The notes: generated from the sequence alone by a model not told the origin. Numbered from the stretch's first letter, positions 32,601-42,197 are shown. The stretch: 64,000 nt of DNA from Spirochaetia bacterium (GCA_965208575.1 CBDBOV010000006.1:1440001-1504000); one strand, 5' to 3'. Numbers and translations: made by a program.

Positions 32601-32670
32601 CCGGCGCGAATGCAAATGCGAGGGCGGCGAGCAACAGAACATGGCGGACGGTCATGGTGGCGTTCTCCAT
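26626..32670 (-). CDS. Large repetitive autotransporter-like surface protein (Ig-like/SwmB-like repeats, Calx-beta, C-terminal beta-barrel)
   Basis: Signal peptide; three repeat classes; Calx-beta motif VDYATADGSATAGEDY...DEGEETFTLRL; AWLARFGRT linker; barrel-like C-terminus ending in W. Confidence 0.85.
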   Translation of the reverse strand: MENATMTVRHVLLLAALAFAFAPAPLGAVPAASAGAPRVSGVAVTSDAGADTTYAGGETIRVTVTFTEAVAVDTTGGTPRLSIDMDPAAWGEKRALYAGGSGTAVLVFAHTVVEPNLSTEGVAVLANTLAPGGGTIRSASGADAALGHGGLAHDAAHKVDWRISTDGGTARDTTPPRLLRGEVDGGTMRLFFSEALDPDSTGGRFMVDLSTARLTSNFDAAGPVSVDGNVVTVGLGAGNPRAEAGRLDHNRVLYIRRADGGGGALRDLAGNLVTAPDVLPVGDGVEWRYVRMALANVTAPAPDSTPPRLLRGEIDGGTVTLFFSEALDPDAAGGAFHVQVQTSANDVTSFFATGAVAIDGAVVKVGVGAGRPRARAGLTEMNYAYYLAPLVPASGGLRDLSGNPVETPSAHPGGRSRTRILNLDNVTVATPAVTGVAVTSVADGDATYALGETVRVRLTFSEAVNVTGTPRLKLDLGAGAERWAVYESGGGTAALSFAWTVALGDASGAGVAVLANTLALNGGSIRAAARSKDADLAHVGLAPDPVHKVDGTPDMRPPRLSATAVAGTKLTLSFDETIDAEAPPSSGAFTVKRTPPAGAGETVGLSGTPAIEGATVTLTLAEAVRGTDRDVKVSYRRSDSGTGGRLRDTAGNEVAGFADEPVTNFGADTTPPRLVRGEIDGGTVTLYFSEPMDPRYVGGTFRVIVQTSPRRVQTVDATGDVAISGNVVTVGLGEGKPRTKTGLPSNYVEYIPPEQWDIPPRGSASRLRDRAGNLLRTPAQVCEASGCRLSTGSLGLDNVTGDPSVTGVAVSSDAGDDRTYARGEIVRVTVTFHAPVTVTGTPRLKLDLGSGAGAEKWADYERSSGVATLVFAWTVAQADTSNAGVAVLANTLELNGGAIRGVLKGRDANLAHGGLAHNLSHKVAGTLADATPPALYGKVVAGTKLTLAFNEPLGAAASLTNGPFTVKKTPQGGGEQTVTLTGKPAIDGAMVTLTLASAVLETDTNVKVSYARPTSGTGNRLRDAVGNEAASFAGELVANAGDTTPPTLVRGEVDGGTMTLYFSETLDPDSIGGSFVVSLEIVRNSWHTARARGKVEISGNTVTVGLDVRRARAGLRADVYYWKPVAPAAKALRDVAGNPVRTPRHANGGKQTRYISLSNLTGVAPAVTAVAVSSAAGGDATYGLGEKIRVRLTFSKAVAVTGTPRVRIDFSSATGDERWADYEEGSGTKTLEFAYTVARGDASSAGVAVLANTLELNGGAIESALTAGENAALAHAGLGHDPAHMVDGQAAPGGAGGSGGAKGASGSGGPPSVTGVAVTSEPGEDATYGFGETIRVALTFSEAVTVTGSPKLSIDMDPAEWGEKQAAYESGDGTSSLTFAHTVVEPNYSSQGIAVLANSLGLDGGTIRSAATGANAALGHTGLGHDAGHKVDWRPDISVADARANEGADAAAAFEVSLSRAFAGAGHRVTVDYATADGSATAGEDYTAASGTLTFTAGERVKTVSVAILDDSHDEGEETFTLRLSSATGARIGDGEATGTIVNTDPMPRAWLARFGRTLAEQVVDAVGERLAAPRGGGGQARIAGQELAGGGGLDADESARLADQELARWLAGRPEQPRTMSGGELLAGSAFSVTSAAAQERPAAALWGRGGWSRFEGREGSLSVEGEVTTALLGAEVASGAWLGGVMLSHARGDGSYRAAAGAGTVASTLTAAHPYLGVDLSERLTVWAAGGLGLGGLTLTPAGAAALETDLSLVLAALGARGRLVEPTAGSGFSLAIETDAYWVRTSSAAAPGLAETQADATRIRLGLDGGYRIGLGRGGTVEPTVAVGVRHDGGDAETGYGMDVGGGLAWSAPALGLSAQVAARGLLTAEFDGFRDLGLSGSLAWDSDPASDRGPSLSVTQTMGAAATGGSQALLGRSTLAGLAAAEHGLARARLDLRAGYGFAAAGDRFTLTPEFGFGLSETSRDYTLGVRLGLAQPAPAAFEFGIEATRRESGGHHPEHGLGLTLTASW

Positions 32671-32914
32671 TACAGACGGGTCGTTCCAACCTTAGCCGAT
32701 TCAGCATATGAGTTGTGTGTCGAAACGGGGTCTATATGGTGTTTGTTTCATAAATCATTCGCGCCAAGCGCAAGCGCCGCTCGTTTCGCTGCGGCGGCAT
32801 CGGATCCCGGCGCCCTGGATCGCGTCCGGTCAGCGCTCGCCACCGGTCAACAGCGGCCAACAACTGGTCAGCTTGACAGGCCGGCGAGCATGCAATCATC
32901 TTACGCGGGGTCCG

Positions 32915-33229
32915 ATGGAGTACCGGCACACCCTCAGCGAAGCGGAACTTGAGGTCACCGCGCAGATGGCGCGGCTGCGCCTGAACAGCGCGGAACGCGA
33001 CCGGCTGCGCGTCGGAGTGCAGCAGATCCTGGCGTACTTCGATGTGATGGCGGCGGCCGACGTCGGCGACGTGGAACCGACCACGCATGCCCTCGTGCCG
33101 CGCAACCGGCTGCGCCCCGATGCGGTGGTGGCGTCCGCGCAGCGCTGGGCCGGGGCGTCGCCGGAGCGGCTCCTGGAGACGGCAACGGAGAGCGAGGACG
33201 ATCACTTCACGGTACCCAACGTGTTATAG
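32915..33229 (+). CDS. gatC: Asp/Glu-tRNA amidotransferase subunit C
   Basis: AQMARL...VEPTTH...LRPD...FTVPNVL; first gene of gatCAB. Confidence 0.88.
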   Translation: MEYRHTLSEAELEVTAQMARLRLNSAERDRLRVGVQQILAYFDVMAAADVGDVEPTTHALVPRNRLRPDAVVASAQRWAGASPERLLETATESEDDHFTVPNVL

Positions 33230-33258
33230 GTGCCCGAGAGTCCGGGATTCAGACGTAC

Positions 33259-34767
33259 ATGGTGACTGGTACGATCGATAATGGGCGGCCGGCGGCCGCC
33301 GCGGCATGGTCTGCCGTGATGAGCACCGCCGCCGGCGCGCGGCGCTGGCAGCAGGCGGCGCTGGCGGCCGACAAGGCGATCAACGGGTTCGTCGAGGTGG
33401 ACCCGACCCGCGACGCATCCGCCGTCGACGGTTCGGCCGGCAGCAACGGCGCCGCCGGCGCCAGCGCCGCGCAGGTGCTGGCCGGGGTGCCGTTCGCGGT
33501 CAAGGACAACATCGCCGTGGAGGGATTCTCGCTGTCATGCGGCTCGGCGCTGCTGCGCGGCCTCGCGGCACCCTATACCGCCACCGCGGTGGCCAGGCTG
33601 CAGCGCGCCGGGGCGCGGGTGGTGGGCAAGACCAATCTCGACGAGTTCGGCATGGGTTCGTCGAGCGAGCACTCCTGCTTCGGTCCGGTACGCAACCCCT
33701 GGACCCCCGAGGTAGTGGCGGGCGGTTCGAGCGGCGGCTCGGCGGCCGTGGTAGCCGCCGGCCTGGTGCCGTTCGCGCTCGGCTCCGACACCGGCGGCTC
33801 GGTGCGGCAGCCGGCGTCGTTCTGCGGCGTGTACGGCCTCAAGCCCACCTACGGCGCGGTGTCGCGGTTCGGGCTGGTGGCGTATGCTTCGTCCCTGGAC
33901 GTGATCGGCGTGACCGCGTCCGACCCGGACACCGCGCGGGCGGTGTTCGAGGCCATGCGCGGCGTCGATCAGCTCGACCAGTCGTCCGCGGACTACCCGC
34001 CGCCGCCGCCGCCGGAGCCGGCGCCCGGCGGCCTCGTGGTGGGCGTCCCGAACGGCATCCTGGAGGGGGTGGATCCGGCCGTGCGCCGCGCGCTCGAAGC
34101 GTGCCGCGAGCGGCTGCGCGACGCGGGCGTCCGCTGCGTGCCGGTAGAGCTCGGCTCGCTGGAGTACGTGGTCCCCGCGTACTATGTCATCGCCACCGCC
34201 GAGGCGAGCGCCAACCTGGCCCGCTACGACGGCGTGCGCTACGGGACGCGCGACGGGTACGGCGCGGCGGACGCCGAGCAGATGACCATCGCGGCGCGCA
34301 GCGCCGGGTTCGGCGCCGAGGTGAAGCTGCGCATCCTGGTCGGCACCTACGTGCTGCGCTCCGGCTTCCAGGAGCAGTACTACCAGCGCGCCCAGCGCAT
34401 CCGCACCCTCATCCGCCGCTCGTTCGAGCGCGCCTTCGGCGAGGTGGACCTCCTGCTCATGCCCACCTTTCCGGTGCCGCCGTTTGCCCGCGGCGCCGCC
34501 GGCCTCGACGCCTTCCAGCAGAAGCAGGGCGACCTGTTCACCTGCGCCGCCAACCTGACCGGCCACCCGGCGCTGACGGTACCCGGCATCATCGACGGCG
34601 GGCTGCCGATCGGCGTGCAGTTCATGGCGCCCTATTTCCGTGAGGACCTGCTGTTCCAGGTGGCCGGCCCGCTGGCGGCGCAGTTCGACACGCCGCGCCC
34701 GCCCCGCTACCTCGGCCCCCGCTCCCTGCTCGACGCCGGCGGCACGCCCGCCGGCGAGGAACGCTGA
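33259..34767 (+). CDS. gatA: Asp/Glu-tRNA amidotransferase subunit A
   Basis: VKDNI, GGSSGGSAA, GSDTGGSVRQPA, NLARYDGVRYG. Confidence 0.95.
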   Translation: MVTGTIDNGRPAAAAAWSAVMSTAAGARRWQQAALAADKAINGFVEVDPTRDASAVDGSAGSNGAAGASAAQVLAGVPFAVKDNIAVEGFSLSCGSALLRGLAAPYTATAVARLQRAGARVVGKTNLDEFGMGSSSEHSCFGPVRNPWTPEVVAGGSSGGSAAVVAAGLVPFALGSDTGGSVRQPASFCGVYGLKPTYGAVSRFGLVAYASSLDVIGVTASDPDTARAVFEAMRGVDQLDQSSADYPPPPPPEPAPGGLVVGVPNGILEGVDPAVRRALEACRERLRDAGVRCVPVELGSLEYVVPAYYVIATAEASANLARYDGVRYGTRDGYGAADAEQMTIAARSAGFGAEVKLRILVGTYVLRSGFQEQYYQRAQRIRTLIRRSFERAFGEVDLLLMPTFPVPPFARGAAGLDAFQQKQGDLFTCAANLTGHPALTVPGIIDGGLPIGVQFMAPYFREDLLFQVAGPLAAQFDTPRPPRYLGPRSLLDAGGTPAGEER

Positions 34768-34768
34768 C

Positions 34769-36262
34769 GTGGCCGCTGCTGCCCCCGCCGCTGCCGCTGC
34801 TGCCGCCGCCGCCGACTACCAGCCACACATCGGGCTGGAGATCCACGTGCAACTGCTCACCGACTCGAAGGCGTTCTGCCAGTGCCGCAACGCGTTCGGC
34901 GACCGCCCGAACGAGAACGTGTGCCCGGTCTGCCTCGGCTACCCCGGCATCCTGCCTGCGCTGAACCGCGAGGCGGTGCTGGGCGCGTACGTGCTCGCGC
35001 GCACGCTCGGCTGCACCCTGAGCACGCGCACGGTGTTCGAGCGCAAGAACTACTTCTATCCCGACCTGCCCAAGAACTACCAGATTTCGCAATTCGGGGC
35101 GCCGGTCGGGCGGGACGGAGCGTTCACGGCCGAGGTCGACGGCAGCACGACCACGGTCGGCATTCGCGAGGTACACCTGGAAGAGGACGCCGGCAAGATG
35201 ATTCACGCCGGCGACATCTCGCTTCTCGACTACAACCGCACCGGAACGCCCCTGGTGGAGGTGGTCACGCAGCCGGAGCTGACCGGCGCCACCGCGGCCG
35301 AGCAGTTCCTGGAGGAGTTCCGCCGCATGGTGCGGTTCCTGGGCGTGTGCGACGGCAACATGGAGCAGGGCTCGCTGCGCTGCGACGCCAACGTGTCGGT
35401 GAACCGCGCCGGCGCCGGCCTCGGCAGCAAGGTGGAGATCAAGAATCTCAACTCGTTCAAGTTCGTACGCAACGCGCTCGCGTTCGAGATCGAGCGCCAG
35501 ACCGCGGTGCTCGCCGACGGCGGCGCGGTGCGCGTGGAGACGCGGCTGTGGAACGAAAACCGCGACTGCACCGAGCCGATGCGGGTCAAGGAGAGCGAAG
35601 ACGATTACCGCTACTTCCCGGAGCCGGACCTGCCGCCGTTCTGTCCCGACGAAGCGTTCCTTGCCTCCGTGGAGGAGCGCTTGGTGGAGTTGCCGCTCGC
35701 GCGCCGCGACCGGCTGCGGGAGCAGTTCGCGGTGACGGCGCAGCAAGCCGCGTTCCTGACCGCCGAGCCCGACACCGCCGACTTCTTCGAGCGCACGGTG
35801 GCGGCCGGCGCAGACGCGTCACTGGCCGCCCGCTGGCTCGGCGCCGACATCCGGGGCCACCTCAACCAGCGCCGCGAGACGCTGGCCGCCAGCCACCTGA
35901 CGCCGGAGCGCCTGGCCGCACTCCTGGCCATGCTCGCGAGGGGCGAAGTGAATGGCAAGATCGCCAAGCAGGTGCTCGCCACGGTCATAGCCGAGGACCG
36001 CGACCCGCACGCCGTGGTAGAACAGGATGGACTGCGCCAGATCACCGATGCCGGTGAGTTGCGCCCCATCCTGGAGCGCATCGTGGCCGACAACCCGCGC
36101 GTGGCGGCGCAGATCGCCGCCGGCGAACGCAAGCCGGCCGGGTTTCTGGTGGGCCAGGTGATGCGCCGCACGGCGGGCCGCGCACACCCGGACCAGGTGC
36201 ATGCGCTGATCGAGGCGCTGTACCAACCGGCGCCGGGTGGGGAACCGCGAGACGATGGCTAG
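34769..36262 (+). CDS. gatB: Asp/Glu-tRNA amidotransferase subunit B
   Basis: IGLEIHVQL, RKNYFYPDLPK, HLEEDAGK, YRYFPEPDL. Confidence 0.96.
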   Translation: MAAAAPAAAAAAAAADYQPHIGLEIHVQLLTDSKAFCQCRNAFGDRPNENVCPVCLGYPGILPALNREAVLGAYVLARTLGCTLSTRTVFERKNYFYPDLPKNYQISQFGAPVGRDGAFTAEVDGSTTTVGIREVHLEEDAGKMIHAGDISLLDYNRTGTPLVEVVTQPELTGATAAEQFLEEFRRMVRFLGVCDGNMEQGSLRCDANVSVNRAGAGLGSKVEIKNLNSFKFVRNALAFEIERQTAVLADGGAVRVETRLWNENRDCTEPMRVKESEDDYRYFPEPDLPPFCPDEAFLASVEERLVELPLARRDRLREQFAVTAQQAAFLTAEPDTADFFERTVAAGADASLAARWLGADIRGHLNQRRETLAASHLTPERLAALLAMLARGEVNGKIAKQVLATVIAEDRDPHAVVEQDGLRQITDAGELRPILERIVADNPRVAAQIAAGERKPAGFLVGQVMRRTAGRAHPDQVHALIEALYQPAPGGEPRDDG

Positions 36263-37571
36263 CGCAGCGCCGGGAAAGGAACGGGTTCTGGCGCGCGCAC
36301 TGGCCGGGCACACCGGCGCCGCGGTGCTGCTGCGCGGCTGGGTGCACCGCCAGCGCGACCTGGGCGGCGTCTGCTTCGTGCTGCTGCGCGACCGCTCCGG
36401 CATCTGCCAGGTGGTGTTCGACAGCGCGCCCACCGACGGCGCCGGCGCACCGGTCACCCTGGAGTCGGTGGTGGAGATCGCCGGCGTGGTGGCCGCCAAC
36501 GGCAAGGCGCCGGGCGGCTACGAGGTGAAGGCGCAGCGGCTGCAGATCATCTCCGCGGCGGCCGGGGAGTTGCCGCTGGCGGTGAACCGGGACCCGTCGC
36601 AACTCAGCCTCGACGCCATGCTCGAGCACCGCATGGTGAGCCTGCGCAACCCCAAGACGCTGGCGATCTTCCGGCTGCAGGCCGCCATCGTGCAGCACTT
36701 CGCCGAGCATCTGCGCAGCGAAGGGTTCACGGAGATCAAGTCGTCCAAGCTGATCGGCAGCGGCACCGAGGGCGGCACCGGGCTGTTTCCGGTGGAGTAC
36801 TTCGACCGCACCGTGTACCTGGCGCAGTCGCCGCAGCTCTACAAGCAGGCGATGGTGGCGGCCGGGCTGGAGCGGGTGTTCGAGATCGGCATGGCCTACC
36901 GGGCGGAGAAGCACGACACGCCGCGGCACATCAATGAGTACGTGTCGCTGGACGTGGAGATGGCGTTCATCGACTCCGAGCACGACCTGATGGACCTGGA
37001 GCAACGCCTGCTCGCGGGCATGTTCGCCGGTCTGGCGCGCGACTGCGCCGCGGTGCTCGAGACGTGGCAGGCCACGCTGCCGACCGCCGCCGAGGTGGCC
37101 GCGATCCCCCGGCTGAGCCACGACGAGGCGCGCGCTGCCGTCGCGGAGGCGACCGGACGGCGGGTGTACGACATCAATCCGGAGGGCGAGCGCGTGCTGT
37201 GCGACCGGGCCGCCGCCGAGCACGGCATCGCCGCCGTGTTCGTGTACGGGTACCCGCGCCGCAAGCGGCCCTTCTACACCTATCCCTCCGACGGCAACCG
37301 GACCATGTCGTTCGACCTGCTGTTCCGCGGCCAGGAAATCACCTCGGGCGGGCGGCGCATCAGCGATTACGCCACGCTGGTGGACAGCATGCGGCGTTTC
37401 GGGCTCGACCCGGAGGCGATGAGCGACTACCTGTCGGTGTTCCGCTACGGCTGCCCGCCGCACGGCGGCTTCGCGATCGGCCTCGAGCGGCTCACGCAGA
37501 CCATCCTCGGCTTGGCCAGCGTCAAGCAGGCCTCCCTGTTTCCCCGCGACCGCAAGCGCGTGCGCCCGTAG
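36255..37571 (+). CDS. aspS: Non-discriminating (archaeal-type) aspartyl-tRNA synthetase
   Basis: LAQSPQLYKQ, YRAE, EITSGG, PPHGGFAIGLERL, FPRD; short form following gatCAB. Confidence 0.92.
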   Translation: MASAAPGKERVLARALAGHTGAAVLLRGWVHRQRDLGGVCFVLLRDRSGICQVVFDSAPTDGAGAPVTLESVVEIAGVVAANGKAPGGYEVKAQRLQIISAAAGELPLAVNRDPSQLSLDAMLEHRMVSLRNPKTLAIFRLQAAIVQHFAEHLRSEGFTEIKSSKLIGSGTEGGTGLFPVEYFDRTVYLAQSPQLYKQAMVAAGLERVFEIGMAYRAEKHDTPRHINEYVSLDVEMAFIDSEHDLMDLEQRLLAGMFAGLARDCAAVLETWQATLPTAAEVAAIPRLSHDEARAAVAEATGRRVYDINPEGERVLCDRAAAEHGIAAVFVYGYPRRKRPFYTYPSDGNRTMSFDLLFRGQEITSGGRRISDYATLVDSMRRFGLDPEAMSDYLSVFRYGCPPHGGFAIGLERLTQTILGLASVKQASLFPRDRKRVRP

Positions 37572-37827
37572 CACACCGCGTGCCGCGGCGGCCGGCTGCC
37601 CGCCGGGCCGCCCGCCGGCGGTGCCCAAGCCCGCGAAACGGGTATGCTACCCGTGCTCGGTGCGCTGTCAGTCCCGGCGGCGTCGTGCGCCGAACCGCGG
37701 GCGCCATCGCCGGACGCCTGCAGCCGAGCGGCCGCGGGCCGGCGCCCGAGACCAGACCGACCGGGCGCGGGACGGGTGGTGCATTACCGATGCCCCGCCG
37801 TGCCGCGCGCCCGGTGCGATGGCATGG

Positions 37828-38514
37828 TCAGGCGGCGAGGTACGTGCGCACCGCGCGTGGATGGGCTGCCAGGCGGGCGGCGCCGGCCGCGATCAGCGCG
37901 CGCGGACTGCGATAGCCCCAGGTGGCGCCCGCCGGCCAGGCGCCGGCGCGTCGGGCGGCGAGCATGTCGGTATCGCCGTCACCCACCACGAGCACGCGCC
38001 GGGGGGCGACGCGCAACGCCCGGCACAGCTCCAGGATGCCGGCCGGGTCCGGCTTGGCGGGGCGCGGCGGCTGCAGCCCCAGGATCGCCCGGAACGGCAC
38101 ACCTGGAAACGCGCCCCGCACCACGTGCACGGTCTCCGGGTGCAGCTTGTTGGACAGCACCGCCATCGGGACGCGCCGGCGGGCCAGGTCGGCGAGGAGC
38201 GCGGGCACGCCGGGGTAGGGCCGGGTGGTGCGCAGCGCGTTGCGGCGGTAGTGGGCGCGCATCATGGCGCCCGCGGTCGCCACCAGGTGCTCGCTGCGGC
38301 GGTCGGGATCGATGGCGCCGGCCACCATCACCTCCACGCCGCCGCCGATCAGCGGCAGGTAGAACGGCAGCGGGTGGACCGGCTCGCCGAGCGCGCGCAG
38401 GGTGGCGTTCATGGCGGCGGCCAGATCGGGCAGCGAGTCGACCAGCGTGCCGTCCAGGTCGAAGATGACGGCGGCGAAGCGGGAAGCGCGGCTGCGGTGC
38501 AAGACAGTGCGCAT
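37828..38514 (-). CDS. HAD family hydrolase (phosphoglycolate phosphatase-like)
   Basis: FDLDGTLVDS, LSNK, KPDP, VGDGDTD. Confidence 0.9.
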   Translation of the reverse strand: MRTVLHRSRASRFAAVIFDLDGTLVDSLPDLAAAMNATLRALGEPVHPLPFYLPLIGGGVEVMVAGAIDPDRRSEHLVATAGAMMRAHYRRNALRTTRPYPGVPALLADLARRRVPMAVLSNKLHPETVHVVRGAFPGVPFRAILGLQPPRPAKPDPAGILELCRALRVAPRRVLVVGDGDTDMLAARRAGAWPAGATWGYRSPRALIAAGAARLAAHPRAVRTYLAA

Positions 38515-38643
38515 CTTACGCGGCGAGGATGCGCCTGTGCCAGAGCCGCGCCGCCGGGGTGCGGGGCCGGCGCGGCTGGTCAGGATCGGGTACGCGCCGC
38601 GAGCGGCCGGACGGCGTCGCCGCCGGCACGCGCGGCGCTCGGG

Positions 38644-39468
38644 TCAGGGTACGAAGGCGTCCGCCGCGGGCGTGGTCAGAACGGTGCCGTCGTCGCCGAC
38701 CTGAACGGCCTGCGCGGCGCCGCTGTCGTGAATCAGCAGGTGATAGCCGGCCGGCAACTGCATCGTGAAGGCGGTTTGGCCATCGCTGTGCAGCGGGGCA
38801 GCCCAGGGATCCCACCACGCCCAGCGCCCGACCGGCAGCGACAGGCTGATCGTGTGCTTCGGGCGCGGGCGAATTGCCGAGGCGCTCATCTCCCCGGCCT
38901 GCAGCGCGGCCAGGATGGCGCTGCGGTCGAGCGCCCACGGGTCGGCGCCGGCGCGCACGCCCAGTTCCCGATCCAGGCGTTCGATGTTGAGCAGCCAGGG
39001 GTTCGCACCGCCGCGCCACAGGTCCATGATCAGCGTGGCCAGCACGCCGCCCTCCCAGGTGACCTGCAGCACGCCGGCGGCGTCGACGTCGTGGGGTACG
39101 ACGGCGCCGGCGGGCCGCAGCCGCAGTGCGGAGGGATCGCCGTTTGCACTGCGGCTGCCGGCGCCCGCCGGCCCTACTACCACCGGTTCGGCAACAACCA
39201 CCGACGCAGAGTGGCGGCCGACCGGGAGCACGGCGACGGATCCCGGAAGCGCGTCGGGCAGCCGCTGCTCGGCGCCGTCGCGGGCGTCCACGGCGGTGAG
39301 CCGCAGGACGATCGCGAAGTGCCGCCACGCCGCGGGCAGGTCGGGAAGGTGAACCTGCCGCGGTCCGGGGAACAGACTGCAGCCGCACAGCGACATCAGG
39401 GCCGCCGCCGTCGCGACGGCAGCGGCGCGTCGCCCCACGCAGGATCCGGGAGTCCGCCATCGTGTCAC
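38644..39468 (-). CDS. Hypothetical lipoprotein
   Basis: Basic N-terminus, hydrophobic stretch and LCGC lipobox-like motif; start uncertain. Confidence 0.55.
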   Translation of the reverse strand: MTRWRTPGSCVGRRAAAVATAAALMSLCGCSLFPGPRQVHLPDLPAAWRHFAIVLRLTAVDARDGAEQRLPDALPGSVAVLPVGRHSASVVVAEPVVVGPAGAGSRSANGDPSALRLRPAGAVVPHDVDAAGVLQVTWEGGVLATLIMDLWRGGANPWLLNIERLDRELGVRAGADPWALDRSAILAALQAGEMSASAIRPRPKHTISLSLPVGRWAWWDPWAAPLHSDGQTAFTMQLPAGYHLLIHDSGAAQAVQVGDDGTVLTTPAADAFVP

Positions 39469-39568
39469 GCCAGGTACAATGGCATGCGCTCCGTGGCGCT
39501 TCAGGCAGCGTCCGCACCGCCGGCCGAAACGCGGGGCGCGGTGCCGGCGGGACGGCTTGCGACTTGGC

Positions 39569-41470
39569 TCAGCGGCCCCGGTTGGAGTGATACATGCCGA
39601 GGAGCCGGTAGCTGGCGGCGGCCGCCTGGACCTGCTGCATGGCACGGTCGAACGACGCGCGTTCGGCCGGCACGTCCAGGTCGACGTAGAACATGTACTC
39701 CCACGGGCTGCCGGGAATGGGCCGCGACTCCAGCTTCTTCATGTTGAGGTTGTTGTCCGCGAGCACCTGCAGGACGTGGAACAGGCTGCCGGGCTCGTCG
39801 CGTGCCGAGAACACGATCGACGCGCGCGTGGGATCGGGAACCTCCGCCTGGCCGGCGCGCGCCAGGGCCACGAACCGGGTGTAGTTCTGGACGTTGGTCT
39901 CCACGCCTTCGGCCAGGATCTCCATGCCGTGCTCGCGCGCCGCGGCGGCGCCGGCGAGCGCCGCCTGCGTAACGTCGCCGCCGCGCGCCACCTCCGCCAC
40001 CGCGCCCGCGGTATCGTAGAACGGCACCTCCTCCCACTCCGGGAAGCCGGCCAGGAACCGGGCGCACTGCGCCAGTCCCTGCGGATGGGACAGCACGCGC
40101 CGGATGCGCGTGGTGGAGGCCCCGGGCGGCGCGATCAGGCACCAGCGGATGCGGATGGTGATCTCGCCGACGATGTGTACGTCGGGGTACTGCATCAGCA
40201 GGTCATAGTTCTGGTGGATCGAGCCGGTCAGGGAGTTTTCCACCGGCAGCACGCCGTAGTCGACCGAACCGTCGAGCACCATCCGGAACACGTCCGGGAA
40301 CTCGCGGCCCGGCACCGGGCGCGGGTCGGAGAAGTACTGGTAGATTGCGTTCTCGCTGTGCGCGCCGCGCTCGCCCTGGAATGCCACGCTGACCGCGTCC
40401 GTCTCCGTATCCGGCGCGGATACCGTGCGCTGCCGCGGCCGGTCGGTGCGCGGCAGCCGCAGGACCTCCTTGCCGAGTACCGGCGCCAGCCGCTCGATGT
40501 CGCGCATCAGCTTTTCGAACTGGCCGGGGTAGAGCGACTGTGGACCGTCGGAGCGCGCCGTGTCGGGATCGGGGTGCACCTCCACCAGGATGCCGTCGGC
40601 GCCGGCCGCCACGCCGGCGAGCGCCATCGGCTGCACCTGGTCGCGGCGCCCGGTGCCGTGGCTCGGATCGACCAGCATCGGCAGGTGGCTGAGCTTCTTG
40701 ACCACCGGGATGGCGGACAGGTCGAGGGTGTTGCGGGTGTAGGTCTCGAAGGTACGGATGCCGCGTTCGCACAGGATCACCGCATCGGTGCCGTGCGCCA
40801 TCAGGTACTCCGCCGACATCAGCAGGTCCTCGATGGTGGCCGCGAGACCGCGCTTCAGCAGCACCGGCTTGCCAAGTGCGCCCACCCGCTTGAGCAACTC
40901 GAAGTTCTGCATGTTGCGCGCGCCGACCTGCAGCACGTCCACGCAATCGGCAAGCAGGGGCAGGTACTCCGCCGCCACCACCTCGGAAAAGATCGGCATT
41001 CCGTAGCGCTCACCCGCTTCCTTGAGCAGCTCGATGCCGGGCTTGCCGAGGCCCTGAAACGAGTATGGCGAGGTGCGCGGCTTGAAGGCGCCGCCGCGCA
41101 GCGCAACCGCGCCCGACTCCCTGAGTTGCGCCGCGACTTCGAAAATCTGCTCGCGCGACTCCACCGCGCACGGGCCGGCGATCACGGCCAGGCGCCCGCC
41201 GCCGATCTTGATCGGACCGACGGCAATTTCGGTTTCGGTGCCCTTGAATTCGCGCGACGCGAGCTTGTAGGGCTGATTGAGGGGAACTACCTGCGCCACG
41301 CCCGGTAACCCTTCAATCTGGCGCTGGTCGAGTGGGTCGCCGCCCACCGCCCCGAGGATCGGTTCCCCGTCCTGAAGCAACTCGCGGATCTGGTACCGAT
41401 GCCCGGTGAGGAATTCGCGTACCGCACGCTTGTGCTGCGCGCTGATGCCGCGATCGAGAACGACGACCAT
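39569..41470 (-). CDS. aroF: Bifunctional DAHP synthase (type I-beta) / prephenate dehydratase with ACT domain
   Basis: [27 protein letters not shown], then [24 protein letters not shown]. Confidence 0.92.
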   Translation of the reverse strand: MVVVLDRGISAQHKRAVREFLTGHRYQIRELLQDGEPILGAVGGDPLDQRQIEGLPGVAQVVPLNQPYKLASREFKGTETEIAVGPIKIGGGRLAVIAGPCAVESREQIFEVAAQLRESGAVALRGGAFKPRTSPYSFQGLGKPGIELLKEAGERYGMPIFSEVVAAEYLPLLADCVDVLQVGARNMQNFELLKRVGALGKPVLLKRGLAATIEDLLMSAEYLMAHGTDAVILCERGIRTFETYTRNTLDLSAIPVVKKLSHLPMLVDPSHGTGRRDQVQPMALAGVAAGADGILVEVHPDPDTARSDGPQSLYPGQFEKLMRDIERLAPVLGKEVLRLPRTDRPRQRTVSAPDTETDAVSVAFQGERGAHSENAIYQYFSDPRPVPGREFPDVFRMVLDGSVDYGVLPVENSLTGSIHQNYDLLMQYPDVHIVGEITIRIRWCLIAPPGASTTRIRRVLSHPQGLAQCARFLAGFPEWEEVPFYDTAGAVAEVARGGDVTQAALAGAAAAREHGMEILAEGVETNVQNYTRFVALARAGQAEVPDPTRASIVFSARDEPGSLFHVLQVLADNNLNMKKLESRPIPGSPWEYMFYVDLDVPAERASFDRAMQQVQAAAASYRLLGMYHSNRGR

Positions 41471-41625
41471 GGCAGACACTATGGAGACCGCTTTTCCCGT
41501 GTCAAGATGCCCGCCCGAACCGATCCGAACCGATCGTGGGCGAGCGGCCGCGCCGTGCAGGCGGGTGGTGCACGACGGCGGCGGCGCCGGTGCGCTCACG
41601 TGCGGATCGCGGTACACTTGGTGGC

Positions 41626-42174
41626 GTGCGCAAGCTGATTGTTCAATATGTCAAGGATCTGACCGCGGGGCGGCTGGCGTCCGGTTTCGAGCACTCCTAC
41701 CGGGTGTACCACCTGGCGCGCGAGATCGGCGAGGGAGAGCGGTACGACGACGACGTGCTGCACGCGGCCTGTTTTCTGCACAACGTCGAAATCCCGGCCC
41801 GGCGCCTGGCCGAAGCGGCCGAAAAGGCGGAGCTGATCTTGTCCGAGACCGGGTTCCCGCCCGACCGCACCCAGTTGGTGATTCAGGCGATTCGCCAGCA
41901 CCGTCCGGGCAGCCGGCCCACTACCGTCGAGGGCAAGCTTCTGTACGATGCCAACCTGCTCGACACGACCGGCGCCATCGGGTTCGCCCGGCTCGCCATC
42001 GGCGCCTTCTTCTGGCACCACTACAAGACCATGCAGGAGGTGCTCGACCTGCTGCGCGAGCGGCTCGGCCACGCCGACAGCTTCCATTTCGAGCGCGCGC
42101 GCCGGATGGCGGCGCCCAAGGTGGCGTTCATGCGCGAGGCGATCGCCCAACTGGAAGCGGAGTTGGACCTGTAG
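41626..42174 (+). CDS. HD-domain-like protein
   Basis: HSYRV...AACFLHNV...YDANLLDTTGAIG follows the HD-domain pattern. Confidence 0.7.
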   Translation: MRKLIVQYVKDLTAGRLASGFEHSYRVYHLAREIGEGERYDDDVLHAACFLHNVEIPARRLAEAAEKAELILSETGFPPDRTQLVIQAIRQHRPGSRPTTVEGKLLYDANLLDTTGAIGFARLAIGAFFWHHYKTMQEVLDLLRERLGHADSFHFERARRMAAPKVAFMREAIAQLEAELDL

Positions 42175-42197
42175 CGCGCGTGGCCGCCGGGTGCCGG

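Noticed and set aside
34769-34815. Ala-rich GCC/GCT run at the gatB start
   Set aside because: Ordinary low-complexity extension in a high-GC genome.
41515-41535. 10-bp direct repeat CCGAACCGAT x2 between divergent genes
   Set aside because: Too short to assign a function.
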